This document shows positions 23,307 through 32,510 of a DNA stretch of 64,000 nt, piece after piece. This stretch comes from Acidobacteriota bacterium (lineage in GTDB: Bacteria; Acidobacteriota; UBA4820; DSQY01). A program made the position numbers and the translations under genes. The stretch is from contig JBAWEQ010000130.1 in the NCBI GenBank assembly GCA_049591295.1, positions 17,138 through 81,137 on the forward strand, written 5' to 3'. Under the pieces are notes generated by a model. The model ran no database searches. It was given only the letters and a program-made list of their open reading frames with translations, and was not told where the DNA came from. Positions within the stretch are counted from its first letter, which is position 1. Each line of letters starts with the position of its first letter.

Positions 23307-24710
23307 CTACGCGTGGTCAGGCTTCCGGTCTCTGGAGCGGGCGCGCTTCCTTTCGGCCCACCCCTCGACGATCTTCTGGGGACTCCTGGAAATGGCGAGG
23401 GCCGAGGCGGGCACATCTTTGGTCACGGTGGTGCCTGCGCCGATGTAGGCGTCGTCACCCACTTTCACCGGAGCGACGAACTGGGTGTCGCTTCCCACGA
23501 AAACCCGTTCCCCCAGGACCGTGGGATGCTTGTTCACCCCGTCGTAATTGCAGGTGATGGTTCCCGCGCCGATGTTGGAGCCCCCGCCCACGGTGGCATC
23601 GCCCAAGTAGCTGAGGTGGTTGGCCTTGACGCGGTCCCCGAGGGAGGCCTTCTTGGTCTCGACGAAGTTCCCGAGGTGGACGCCTTCGCCTGCCACGGTA
23701 CCCTCCCGCGTCCTGCAGAAGGGGCCGATGATGCAATCCGGCCCGCACCGCGTGCCTTCGAGAACGCAGTGTTCGCGCACGAGGGTCCCCTCGCCGATGT
23801 GGCAGGACCGAAGCACCGAATAGGGCCTCACTTCGACGTTCCGTTCGAGGTGGGTTTCACCGCACAGGTGAACGCCCGAATGGAGCAGGACGCCGGGTTC
23901 GAGGCGAACCCCCGGCTCGATCCAGACGCTGGAGGGATCCAGGATCGTCACTCCCGCGGCCATCCAGCCCCGCGTCAGGCTCTGTCTCAACCGCCCGATG
24001 GCCAGGGCAAGCTCCTCCTGTGAGTTGATTCCCCTGTAGAGGCCTGGGTCGGAGGCCGGAAAGGCGGCCGCCGGCCGACCGCTTCGTCCCAGCTCCGCCA
24101 CCACGTCGGTCAGGTAATACTCCCCTTGGACGTTATTGGTCCGCAGGTCGTCCAGGAGCCCCAAGATGTCCGGGCTCCGGAAAAAATAGACGCCGGCGTT
24201 GACCTCCCGGATGGATCGCTGGGGCTGGGTCGCGTCCCTCTCTTCGACGATGCCCTCAACCGTCCCCACGGCGCTGCGAAGGATTCGTCCGTAGCCGGTG
24301 GGATTGGCCATCTCCAGGGTTACCAGCGCGAGCGGGTGCCCCTCTGCGGAGAAGATGTTCCAGAACGCGTCCAATTCAGGGACGGGCAGAAGGGGAGCGT
24401 CCCCCGGCACCAGGAGTACCTCGCAGGGGCCGATCTCCGACAGCGCGGGTCTGCACATCATGAGGGCGTGGCCGGTTCCCCGTTGGGGTTCTTGGAGAAT
24501 GGGGACGGTCTCGAAGGGGACGAGCAGCGGGGCGATCTGGTCGGCCTGGTGTCCCACGACGACCAGGAGGGGGCCGTCGTGGATCTTGCGAAGGGACTCC
24601 AGCAGGTGTTCGAGAATCGTTCTCCCCATGAAGGGGTGCAGGACCTTTGCTCTGGGTGACTTCATGCGCGTGCCCTGCCCGGCGGCCAGCACGATGATGA
24701 CGCGCTTCAT
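23307..24710 (-). CDS. glmU: Bifunctional UDP-N-acetylglucosamine pyrophosphorylase / GlcN-1-P N-acetyltransferase
   Basis: From ATG 24710 (AGGAGG SD upstream): MKRVIIVLAAGQGTRMKS. C-terminal hexapeptide left-handed beta-helix (NFVETKKA.LG...ITCNYDG). The 75 upstream codons of the ORF track are rejected. Confidence 0.95.
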   Translation of the reverse strand: MKRVIIVLAAGQGTRMKSPRAKVLHPFMGRTILEHLLESLRKIHDGPLLVVVGHQADQIAPLLVPFETVPILQEPQRGTGHALMMCRPALSEIGPCEVLLVPGDAPLLPVPELDAFWNIFSAEGHPLALVTLEMANPTGYGRILRSAVGTVEGIVEERDATQPQRSIREVNAGVYFFRSPDILGLLDDLRTNNVQGEYYLTDVVAELGRSGRPAAAFPASDPGLYRGINSQEELALAIGRLRQSLTRGWMAAGVTILDPSSVWIEPGVRLEPGVLLHSGVHLCGETHLERNVEVRPYSVLRSCHIGEGTLVREHCVLEGTRCGPDCIIGPFCRTREGTVAGEGVHLGNFVETKKASLGDRVKANHLSYLGDATVGGGSNIGAGTITCNYDGVNKHPTVLGERVFVGSDTQFVAPVKVGDDAYIGAGTTVTKDVPASALAISRSPQKIVEGWAERKRARSRDRKPDHA

Positions 24711-24766
24711 GACTCCTCCTTGATCCGGCTTGGTTTCTGCATCTCCTGGGGCAGTGGCCGATTCCT

Positions 24767-26041
24767 TCAAGATCTCTCCTCCGGTCCGTGAACCGGGGAG
24801 GACGACCAGGACAGGCGGCCCTGGCAGATGACAGCACGCAGGGGCATCTCCCCGTACGGGTAGAAAAGGTGAAGGTAGGACGGGACGTCCCATACGGTCA
24901 GGTCCGCCCGCCTGCCCACCGCGAGTGATCCACACTCCTCATGAATCCGGAGCGCGTAGGCCGCATTCAGCGTCACGGCCCAGAGGGCCTCCTCCGGCAT
25001 CAGCCCCATGCCGAAGACGGCGAGGGCGGCCACATTCAGGAGATTGGTCGTGTAGGAAGAGCCTGGATTACAGTCGGTGGAGAGGGCGACGGGGCAGCCG
25101 GCCTCGACGAAGTCCCTGCCCGGCGCGTAGCCCTTTCGCAAGTAAAAGGAGGTCCCTGGCAGGAGCGTGGCACACACACCGGCCCGCGCCATGGCGGCAA
25201 TGCCCTCCGCCGAGGCCGCCATCAGGTGGTCCGCACTGACGGCCCCCACCTCCGCCGCGAGCGCCGCACCGCCGGTGTCCTCGATCTCGTCAGCGTGGAG
25301 TCGGGGCAGAAGTCCCGCCGAACGTCCGGCCATGAGGATCCTGCGGCTCTGCTCCACCGTGAAGGCCCCCTCCTCGCAAAAGACGTCGCAGAATTTTGCC
25401 AGCCCGGCGGCGGCGATGGCCGGGATCATCTCCTCCACGATGAGATCCACGTAACGGTCCGCCTCTTCCTTGAACTCGGGAGGAACGAAATGGGCGCCGA
25501 GGAAGGTGGGGACCACTCGCTGAGGGCCCCTCTGATCGAGCCGGCGCAGGACGCGCAACTGCCTCTCCTCGGTGCCTGGTTCCAGCCCGTAACCGCTCTT
25601 GGCTTCGAAGGTCGTCACCCCATGGCGGAGGAAGCCGCGTGCGGTGTTGCAGGCGGCGGCGAACAGGGCCTCCTCGCCCGCCTCGCGCACGCTCCGCATG
25701 GTGCTGAGGATGCCCCCTCCCGCCCGTCCAATCTCCATATAGCTCTTGCCTTCCAGCCGCAGCCGGACTTCCGCCGAGCGGTCTCCCAGGAAGGGTACGT
25801 GGGTGTGCGGATCGATCAGGCCCGGGAGGACCGTTCTATTGGTGGCATCCAGGCGCATCGAGGCACGCACGTCGGCCACCTCGGCCCAGGGACCCACGAA
25901 GGCGATTCGCCCCTCGCGCACACCCACGGCGGCCCCCGAGCGCGTAGGCAGATCCCGCAAGGCCGGACCCACCCTGGGGGCGGGCCCTTCGCAGGGCACT
26001 AGGCAGCCGATGGGGCCGACGAGCAGGTCGAAAGAGTCCAT
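24767..26041 (-). CDS. hutI: Imidazolonepropionase (amidohydrolase superfamily)
   Basis: 424 aa. LPGLIDPHTHVPF, KSYMEIGRAGGGILSTMRSVREA, TTFEAKSGYGL and HADE... match HutI signatures. The ATG overlaps the divIVA stop by 1 nt (TGATG). Confidence 0.85.
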   Translation of the reverse strand: MDSFDLLVGPIGCLVPCEGPAPRVGPALRDLPTRSGAAVGVREGRIAFVGPWAEVADVRASMRLDATNRTVLPGLIDPHTHVPFLGDRSAEVRLRLEGKSYMEIGRAGGGILSTMRSVREAGEEALFAAACNTARGFLRHGVTTFEAKSGYGLEPGTEERQLRVLRRLDQRGPQRVVPTFLGAHFVPPEFKEEADRYVDLIVEEMIPAIAAAGLAKFCDVFCEEGAFTVEQSRRILMAGRSAGLLPRLHADEIEDTGGAALAAEVGAVSADHLMAASAEGIAAMARAGVCATLLPGTSFYLRKGYAPGRDFVEAGCPVALSTDCNPGSSYTTNLLNVAALAVFGMGLMPEEALWAVTLNAAYALRIHEECGSLAVGRRADLTVWDVPSYLHLFYPYGEMPLRAVICQGRLSWSSSPVHGPEERS

Positions 26042-26544
26042 CAGCCCTGGTCCCGGCCGAAAGAGGCGACGTTCTCCTTAGCCTTGTTCTCCTCGATGGC
26101 GTCCAGGATCGCCTGGGTGCGTTGGAGGAGGTCGCGAAGCGCGCTCATGTGGTGTTCGCGTTCCATCTTCAGGTCCAGGATGCTGCGATCCACTTGGTGG
26201 GCTCTCAACTGCGCCTGCTGAAGGACGGCCTCGCTTCGCACCTGAGCCTCCTGTACGATGCTCTGGGCCTCGCGGGCGGCCTGGGCCTTGACCTCGTCAG
26301 CGAGCTTCTGCGCCGTGTAGAGCGCCTCGCGAAGCAGGTCTTCACGGTGCCTAAACTCGTCTAACGCTGCCTTCTGGTGCTCCAGCTCCTGGCCCTGTTG
26401 GTGGTTCTCGAGCGTCAGCGCCTGGTACGACTCGGCCACGGTCTGAAGGAAAAGGTGCACCTCCTCTGGGTCGAAGCCTCGGAGCCTTCGGTGAAATTCG
26501 ACCGACTGGATATCAATGGGAGAGAGGGGCTTTCGCATCGTCAT
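26041..26544 (-). CDS. divIVA: DivIVA domain-containing protein
   Basis: 167 aa. N-terminal LSPIDIQSVEFHRRLRGFDPEEVHLFLQTV (DivIVA lipid-binding motif) followed by coiled coil. GGAGG SD. ATGA overlap with the yggS stop. Confidence 0.85.
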   Translation of the reverse strand: MTMRKPLSPIDIQSVEFHRRLRGFDPEEVHLFLQTVAESYQALTLENHQQGQELEHQKAALDEFRHREDLLREALYTAQKLADEVKAQAAREAQSIVQEAQVRSEAVLQQAQLRAHQVDRSILDLKMEREHHMSALRDLLQRTQAILDAIEENKAKENVASFGRDQG

Positions 26545-27245
26545 GGAGCCCTCCTAGGGCCAAAGAGGGCAGTGCCGATCCGGACCATCGTCGCACCTTC
26601 CTCTACGGCCATTACAAAATCGTGGCTCATCCCCATGGAGAGCTGACCGAAGTCGCCCGCCTCCGGAATGGCCCGACGTACCTCGTCGAACAGCTCCCGC
26701 AAGCGCCGAAAGAACGGCCGGCTCGCTTCCGGATTCTTACCATAGGGCGGAACCCCCATGATGCCGGTCAGCTTGAGGCCCGGCAGGGCTTGCACCGCTT
26801 CCGCCAGATGGAGGAGATCTCCGGCCGCCACGCCGCCCTTCTGGGACTCCTCTCCCAGGTTGACCTCAATCATCACGTCGCGTTCAAGGCCCTCCTCGCG
26901 GGCGATGCGGGAGAGGCGCTCGGCCAGCGAAAGGCTGTCCAGGCTGTCGATGGCCCGAAACGCCAGCAGCGCCTTGCGGACCTTGTTGGCCTGAAGCCGC
27001 CCGATGAAATGCACCTCCAGGTTTCTTCGTACCTCCAGGGGGAGAGCCTCCAGGTGTTCGACACCCTCCTGCACGCGATTCTCGCCGATGAGCACTACGC
27101 CCTCTGAGGCAAGGGCCTGGATCTCCGAGGGAGTGCGCGTCTTCACGGCAGCCATCAGACGCACCGACTCGGCAGGCCGCCCGGCCCGTTCGGCGGCCGC
27201 ACCGATGGCACCCCGGACAGCGGCGACACGCTCGGCGAGGGCCAC
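26541..27245 (-). CDS. yggS: YggS/YlmE-family pyridoxal-phosphate homeostasis protein
   Basis: VALAERVAAVRGAIGAAAERAGR...LMAAVKTR (PLP Lys)...GENRVQEG...HFIGRLQANKV...LSMGMSHD. GTG 27245 is preceded by a GGGAGGAG SD at 5-nt spacing. Longer ORF-track starts (27413, 27305) have no homologous N-terminus. Confidence 0.88.
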   Translation of the reverse strand: MALAERVAAVRGAIGAAAERAGRPAESVRLMAAVKTRTPSEIQALASEGVVLIGENRVQEGVEHLEALPLEVRRNLEVHFIGRLQANKVRKALLAFRAIDSLDSLSLAERLSRIAREEGLERDVMIEVNLGEESQKGGVAAGDLLHLAEAVQALPGLKLTGIMGVPPYGKNPEASRPFFRRLRELFDEVRRAIPEAGDFGQLSMGMSHDFVMAVEEGATMVRIGTALFGPRRAP

Positions 27246-27506
27246 GCATTCTCCTCCCTGGCTCGAGGGTAGGTGGTCGGCCCCCGCAAAGTCAAGGCCG
27301 GGCATCGTCAGGCCTGGCTTTGCCCCATGGCGCCTCGAGAGTCCCACGCACCCCGTGCCGCAGGGCCTCCCTCGACCGCAATGCTTGCTGGGAGCCTTAG
27401 CCCCAGCGCCCACAGGCGTTCACTGGTGCCACTGCTGATAGCCGATTGAGGGTCCCTCCGGGGAGCCTGTTCGGCCAGGGAACTGTTGCCCTCCCTTCCC
27501 GAGGGT

Positions 27507-27536
27507 TTGACAGCCGCCGGCGACGGTTCCCATACT
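27507..27536 (+). promoter_or_regulatory. Sigma70-type promoter upstream of the 27556 operon
   Basis: TTGACA (27507-27512), 18-nt spacer, CATACT (27531-27536). GGGAGGAG SD follows before ATG 27556. Confidence 0.35.
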
Positions 27537-27555
27537 AGGACTCGGGAGGAGCCCC

Positions 27556-28359
27556 ATGCCCGTGGGTACGACGCTGCGCTACGACGAGGTTCCGCTGGAA
27601 GATTTCCTGCTCGCGTTGCGGCAGCATGAACACGACGTGCGGGTGGGCCACCTGCCCCCCCAACAGCAGCTCAAGGAAGTGCGTCTCGAGACGCGGTGGA
27701 CGCCGCCCGGCGCAACGGAGGCATCGCCCCTGACAGTTTACCTGTTGCAGGAGAGGGACGCATTGAGCGAACAGGTGGAGGTCTTTTTCCTGCTGCGCGC
27801 CCCAAGTGCATTCGCCTTGCCCATGCGCGATATGGCCCTGAAGTTCAGGGCTTTTCTCCAGAGGAGGCAGGTCTCCTCCCTGTTCAGGATCGACCCCCGG
27901 TTTGGTTTGGTCTACGGAAGTGCCCTCGATCCGCTGGATGAGACCATCCGCTGGGACAAGCCCTGGTCTTTCGTGACCCTCTATCTCACGGAGGACCCCT
28001 CCTCTCCCTCTCTGGCCGTGATGGACTACGTCTCACAGGGCGCCAGGAAGCGCTATCAGGAGCTCTTCCTGCAGGTCAACCAGGTGGCGCCTTCGTCGCC
28101 CGGATTCTTGAAGAACGCCTGGAAGCGCCTTAGGGGTAGCGGGCAGGAAGAGGCCGGCGTGCACCGCCTGAGCTACCGCCTGCTGGCCCTGCTCTCCTCG
28201 TTCCTCCAGAACGAACCCTGCATCAATGCCACTATCTCCATGATATTTAAAGAGTTGTCTCCTGGGGCGGGTCGGCCAGGCCTCCTGGATCCCCGCTTCG
28301 CCACCTTCTATCCGTCCGGTCACGACCGGTTTTTCGCCTCACTGGGAGAACTCGCCTGA
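27556..28359 (+). CDS. Hypothetical protein (no signal peptide, no recognised domain)
   Basis: 267-aa ORF with good GC3 bias and an SD. The stop overlaps the ATG of the downstream SLT gene (TGATG at 28357-28361). Confidence 0.6.
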   Translation: MPVGTTLRYDEVPLEDFLLALRQHEHDVRVGHLPPQQQLKEVRLETRWTPPGATEASPLTVYLLQERDALSEQVEVFFLLRAPSAFALPMRDMALKFRAFLQRRQVSSLFRIDPRFGLVYGSALDPLDETIRWDKPWSFVTLYLTEDPSSPSLAVMDYVSQGARKRYQELFLQVNQVAPSSPGFLKNAWKRLRGSGQEEAGVHRLSYRLLALLSSFLQNEPCINATISMIFKELSPGAGRPGLLDPRFATFYPSGHDRFFASLGELA

Positions 28360-28997
28360 TGCGCGCGTTACTCATCGGGGCCTCGGCGGCGCTCGCTCTT
28401 CTTTGTGTCTCTGCCCCGCTCAGGGCCATGGAGCTCGTGGTATTCCAATCGGACCGCTCATTGGTGGTGGAGAGCTACACGCAGGAGGGGGAGCAGGTGC
28501 TGCTGACCCTGCCAGGGGGTGGTCAGCTCGGGGTTCCCCTTCGCACGGTGCGAAACCACTACCCGGGGTACGTGCCGCCCCCCGGGCTCACGGATCCGGC
28601 CAAAGAGCTGCCCAAGAACCTGCCCTACAGGGAAATCATCGGCAAGTACTGCCAGAAGTACAGCATGGACTGCAAGCTGGTGGCCGCTCTCATCAAGGTC
28701 GAGTCCAATTTCAACGCTTCGGCCGTCTCCCCGAAAGGGGCCCAGGGGCTCATGCAGCTCATGCCCGAAACCCAGCGGGAAGAGGGGGTCACAAACCCCT
28801 TCGACCCGGAGCAGAACATCCGGGGAGGTGTCCACTACCTCCGCCATCTGCTGGACGCCTTCCAGGGGGACCTCGAACTGACGCTGGCGGCTTACAACGC
28901 CGGCATCGGCCGGGTCCAGGCCAATCAGGCCGTCCCGCCCATTCCCGAAACCCAACTGTACGTTTCGAGGATTCTGGCGCTCTACCCCACGCTCTGA
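28359..28997 (+). CDS. Secreted lytic transglycosylase (SLT domain)
   Basis: Signal peptide MRALLIGASAALALLCVSAPLRA. SLT motifs LIKVESNFN (catalytic Glu), AQGLMQLMP, AAYNAGIGRV. Confidence 0.88.
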   Translation: MRALLIGASAALALLCVSAPLRAMELVVFQSDRSLVVESYTQEGEQVLLTLPGGGQLGVPLRTVRNHYPGYVPPPGLTDPAKELPKNLPYREIIGKYCQKYSMDCKLVAALIKVESNFNASAVSPKGAQGLMQLMPETQREEGVTNPFDPEQNIRGGVHYLRHLLDAFQGDLELTLAAYNAGIGRVQANQAVPPIPETQLYVSRILALYPTL

Positions 28998-29011
28998 CGC
29001 GCGCCGGGAAG

Positions 29012-31264
29012 CTAGGCTTTCTCGTAGAGGTGCGCCATGAGATAGGCCACGGCCTCGGGCGCGCACCGCGGGCAGTAGCCGAACCGCTTCGCGAGTCGCT
29101 CCAGCAGGTTCTTGGCCGCCTCTTGACGGGCAGGGGGCAGCCCCGCGAACGCGGGGGTTCCATAGGAGGTGAGGGCCTGACCGATCTCTTGCACCTGGTG
29201 CTTGACCCTGGCGTGGAACCCCTTTGAGAGCAGCTCAATCTGCGGAGCGAAGAGGATGGACAGGTCCAGCGCCTCGCCTGGATTCTCCAGCGTCCAAGCG
29301 GCCACCTGCCCCATGAGATCCTCCCGAAAGCGCGGAGCCGAGCCCCCTATCGCCAGGTACTCCTCCACCTGCTCCATAAGCGCCTCGTTGGGCTCCTCCC
29401 ACTGACCCGTAGGTGCGGACCGCACCTTCTCGCCGCGCAGAAAGGCCCGCACGTGCCGGAAGTAGCGGTCGAACAGGGCCGTGTACTGGCCCTCGGGGAC
29501 GAGCTCCATGGCCGCCAGCACCTCCTGGTCCAGCGTCCGAAGGTACTCCTCCTGCACCGCGGCCACCGCCGCCTCTGCGTCGTGGTAGCCCTCGTCCGCC
29601 TTGAGCTGGAGGAAGAGATAGAGACTCTTGTCCTTGACGAATTCGGCGATCTCTTCGAACAGGAGCGCCGGCGTCAGACAGCCGTCCGGTCTCCGGTAGA
29701 CGGCCCCGTACAGGATTTCCCGCATCTCCCGGGGGGAGGCCCCAAATCGCCCCTCGTAAATGGGGGTGTCGCGGAACTCGTCCCTCAGATCGGGCAGGAT
29801 CTCTCGCAGGAGCCGCAGCTGCTTCGCCGGATAGCGACCCACCTGCGTGGGAAGAACGCCATCGTACAGCAGGCTCTTCTCATAAGGGGTCAGGCCCCGG
29901 ATGAGGGCGCGGCTCTCTTCCGGGTAGTGATCGGGCTCAGGGCGGTTGAGGCGCGAGAGGACGGCCCAAAGAGCGGCCAGCTCCGCGACGTGGGGAGCCA
30001 CGTGCTTGGTGCGGCCGATCCGGGTGAGGATGGGGCCGTAGATGGCGGTCTCCTTCTTGCGCTCCAGGAGGTAGGGGACGGTCACGAGGATCATCCGCCC
30101 CTTGAAGGAGGCGAAGTCGGCGGACTGCTTGAAGGCGTCCAGGTGGCGTTCGTTGGACGTGGCGAAGAGAATCTCGTTGAGGTAGACGTTGGCGGTGGAG
30201 AGGGCCAGTTCGGAGCGCTCGGTGGCCGCAAGAAGATACTTGTTCAGTTCGGGGGCCCTCGTGAGGAAATCGGAGAACTCCACGAGGCCGTTATTGGCGT
30301 CGATCAGATCTCCCGAGAGCTGGATCAGGTTCAGGTGCTGGAGCGTGGTCGGAAGGGTGGAAAGGGAGGAGTCCAGCGTCAGCTGCCTGCTGGAGGCGTC
30401 GGGCGTGTCCTGGGGAGAGATGACCACAGCCCCCCTCCGATACCGGCGCGAGAGGTAGCGTCGCCGCACCTGGACGTGTCGGAGCACCGCCAGAACGTCG
30501 CCCGAATATTCCACCATCAAGGCATCGAAGATCTGCTTGCACCGTGGGCAAAGGTTCCCATCCTCCAGGAACTGGCTGGCTACGAACTTGGTCTGGTGGG
30601 CCTTGTCCAGGAGAGAACCGAGCAGCGCGAGCCGATCCCCCGGGGGCAGCAAGAGGATGGGGGAATCGCCCAGGTCGCACGGTATCCTGGCCTCCAATCG
30701 ATCGGAGGGCCAGTGGGCGAAGGAGTCGGCCGCCGCCTCACCGCCAGGCCGAGCTGCCTCGTCCCCGCCCATGAACCCCAGAGTGCGGGCCTCGTCCTCC
30801 CTTGGGAAGACCCAGTTGAAAGAGAAGATGGCCCCCTCCGGCCTCCGGCTGTACTCCTCGCAGCCCCTCATGAGCAGTTCCACGATCAGGCTTTTGGCTG
30901 ACCCGCTGGGGCCATGCAGATGGAACATGCGGTCGGACCGCCCCTCCAGCACCAGGTTCTTCATGGCTTCATAAATCGCGAGGACGGGAAGTTCCTGCCC
31001 CATCAGGGGCTGGTCGGCCGCACATCCGAACGGGGCGTCGAAGAGTTTGAAGCGGGTGACCTCTTCTCCAATCCAGCGGGATTTCTCGGTGCCGAAGTCC
31101 TCCATCATGTCCACGACGTATTGCAGGGCGTTGCGCGTCAGCGCGTAGGGATGGGCCGCGAGATCGCCCAGGTACTCCTGGAAGGATTTGATCTGGTGGC
31201 TCTCCGCGAAGGACGTCCTGCTCCGGTTTGACCAGGATTCCAACCAGCCGTCCCAATCCGCCAT
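29012..31264 (-). CDS. prkA: PrkA-family serine protein kinase (AAA-type P-loop)
   Basis: From ATG 31264 (GAGGAGG SD): MADWDGWLESW...SFQEYL...HPYALTRNALQYV. P-loop LHGPSGSAKS. Long PrkA C-domain. The 132 upstream codons in the ORF track are rejected. Confidence 0.85.
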   Translation of the reverse strand: MADWDGWLESWSNRSRTSFAESHQIKSFQEYLGDLAAHPYALTRNALQYVVDMMEDFGTEKSRWIGEEVTRFKLFDAPFGCAADQPLMGQELPVLAIYEAMKNLVLEGRSDRMFHLHGPSGSAKSLIVELLMRGCEEYSRRPEGAIFSFNWVFPREDEARTLGFMGGDEAARPGGEAAADSFAHWPSDRLEARIPCDLGDSPILLLPPGDRLALLGSLLDKAHQTKFVASQFLEDGNLCPRCKQIFDALMVEYSGDVLAVLRHVQVRRRYLSRRYRRGAVVISPQDTPDASSRQLTLDSSLSTLPTTLQHLNLIQLSGDLIDANNGLVEFSDFLTRAPELNKYLLAATERSELALSTANVYLNEILFATSNERHLDAFKQSADFASFKGRMILVTVPYLLERKKETAIYGPILTRIGRTKHVAPHVAELAALWAVLSRLNRPEPDHYPEESRALIRGLTPYEKSLLYDGVLPTQVGRYPAKQLRLLREILPDLRDEFRDTPIYEGRFGASPREMREILYGAVYRRPDGCLTPALLFEEIAEFVKDKSLYLFLQLKADEGYHDAEAAVAAVQEEYLRTLDQEVLAAMELVPEGQYTALFDRYFRHVRAFLRGEKVRSAPTGQWEEPNEALMEQVEEYLAIGGSAPRFREDLMGQVAAWTLENPGEALDLSILFAPQIELLSKGFHARVKHQVQEIGQALTSYGTPAFAGLPPARQEAAKNLLERLAKRFGYCPRCAPEAVAYLMAHLYEKA

Positions 31265-31366
31265 GGGAGCCTCCTCATCCACTAGCGTAGTCTCCGGGCG
31301 AGGGCCGCGCAAGAAATCGCCCGGCGCTTTGTTCTGCGGCCCTGCCGGGATACAATCCACCAGGAG

Positions 31367-32479
31367 GTGGCGGTGGGTGGAGGTGCGGATCCCTGCGACT
31401 CGGTGCACCTCAACACGGAACCGGGGTTTCGTGGCGGAGAGGTGCAAAACCTCGGACTCGTGCGCCATCTGGAGGGGGCCGGGCTCCCCTGCATCCTGGT
31501 GGCCCACGTGCGGGGACCGCTCCTCTCCAGGGCGAGGGCGCAGGGAGTGCGGAGTGTTGCGTGGCACCCCCGCGGAGAACTCGACCCCTTTGCCGTCTGG
31601 CAGCTCAGGCGGCTCCTGCGCGAGGCCAAGCCCCGAATCCTGCACGCCCATACCGCTCACGCGCTGACCCTGGCGCTCTTGGCGGCCAGAGGGCTACCGG
31701 GGCTGAGCTTGGTGGCGAGCCGGCGGGTCTCCTTCCCCCTGCGCACGCCCCTTTCCCGTTGGAAATACCACAGGCCGCAGGCGGTGGTCGCCGTGAGCGG
31801 CGAAGTCAGGGATGAACTGCTCCGTGGCGGGCTCTCCGAAGAGAAGGTGCGCATCATTCACAGCGGCGTGGATCTCGCCCGCTTCCGCGCGTTGCCCTTG
31901 AAGGAGGAGGTCCGCCAAAGGCTTGCACTTCCGGTGGAGGCCAAGGTCGTGGGCGTCGTGGGGGCTCTCGTGCCCCACAAAGGGCACCGGGTGCTGCTGG
32001 AGGCCCTCGGCGCTTGGCCCTCAGGCGAGGAGAAGCCGGTGCTGGTGCTGGTGGGCGAGGGACCCCTGCAGAGAGAACTGTCCTCTACGGCCGAACGGTT
32101 GGGGGTTGCCGTCACATTCCTGGGCTACGTGGAGGAGCCCGCGCCGCTCTACGCCGCACTCGACGCGTTGGTGCTTCCTTCCCTCTCCGGCGAAGGCTCG
32201 CCCGGCGTGATCAAGGAGGCGGCGGCCGCCGGTATCCCAGTGGTGGCCACCGACGTGGGCGGGACGGCCGAAATCCTGAGGCCAGACAGGGAGGCGCTCC
32301 TGGTTCCCCCCGGAGAACCGGTGTCCATGAGAGATGCCCTCGTCAGGGTGTTTCGAGAGCCCGGCTTGGGGGCGTCCCTCAGGGAGTCGGCCCGCAGGCG
32401 GGTCCAGGACTTCAGCATGGAGGCCATGGGCCGGGCCCACGCGCGGCTCTACGAGGAGCTGGCCGCGGCACGGCCATGA
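31367..32479 (+). CDS. Glycosyltransferase family 4 (GT-B, GT1 Pfam type)
   Basis: 370 aa. HLNTEPGFRGGE, ILHAHTAHAL, GALVPHKGHRVLLEA, PSLSGEGSPGVIKEAAAAGIPVVATDVGG (E-x7-E region). Start GTG 31367 or 31373. Confidence 0.85.
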   Translation: MAVGGGADPCDSVHLNTEPGFRGGEVQNLGLVRHLEGAGLPCILVAHVRGPLLSRARAQGVRSVAWHPRGELDPFAVWQLRRLLREAKPRILHAHTAHALTLALLAARGLPGLSLVASRRVSFPLRTPLSRWKYHRPQAVVAVSGEVRDELLRGGLSEEKVRIIHSGVDLARFRALPLKEEVRQRLALPVEAKVVGVVGALVPHKGHRVLLEALGAWPSGEEKPVLVLVGEGPLQRELSSTAERLGVAVTFLGYVEEPAPLYAALDALVLPSLSGEGSPGVIKEAAAAGIPVVATDVGGTAEILRPDREALLVPPGEPVSMRDALVRVFREPGLGASLRESARRRVQDFSMEAMGRAHARLYEELAAARP

Positions 32480-32510
32480 GCCCCAAGGCCTCGCACCGTT
32501 CGGGGGCCCT

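Noticed and set aside
31265-31366. GG/GC-spaced sigma54-like element on the minus strand (CGGGCGatttcTTGC) in the prkA upstream region.
   Set aside because: Only the dinucleotides and TTGC match, and the -24 region is poor. E. coli yeaG nitrogen control made it tempting, but the sequence support is insufficient.
29012-31660. N-terminal extensions offered by the ORF track for prkA (to 31660), glmU (to 24935), yggS (to 27413), tadA (to 47963), the PKD protein (from 39292), the sedolisin (from 42072), parB (from 18654) and mnmE (from 14155).
   Set aside because: The extended parts lack homology-like sequence. They often overlap the upstream gene or run through intergenic promoters. Internal starts with good SD sequences coincide with conserved N-termini or signal peptides.
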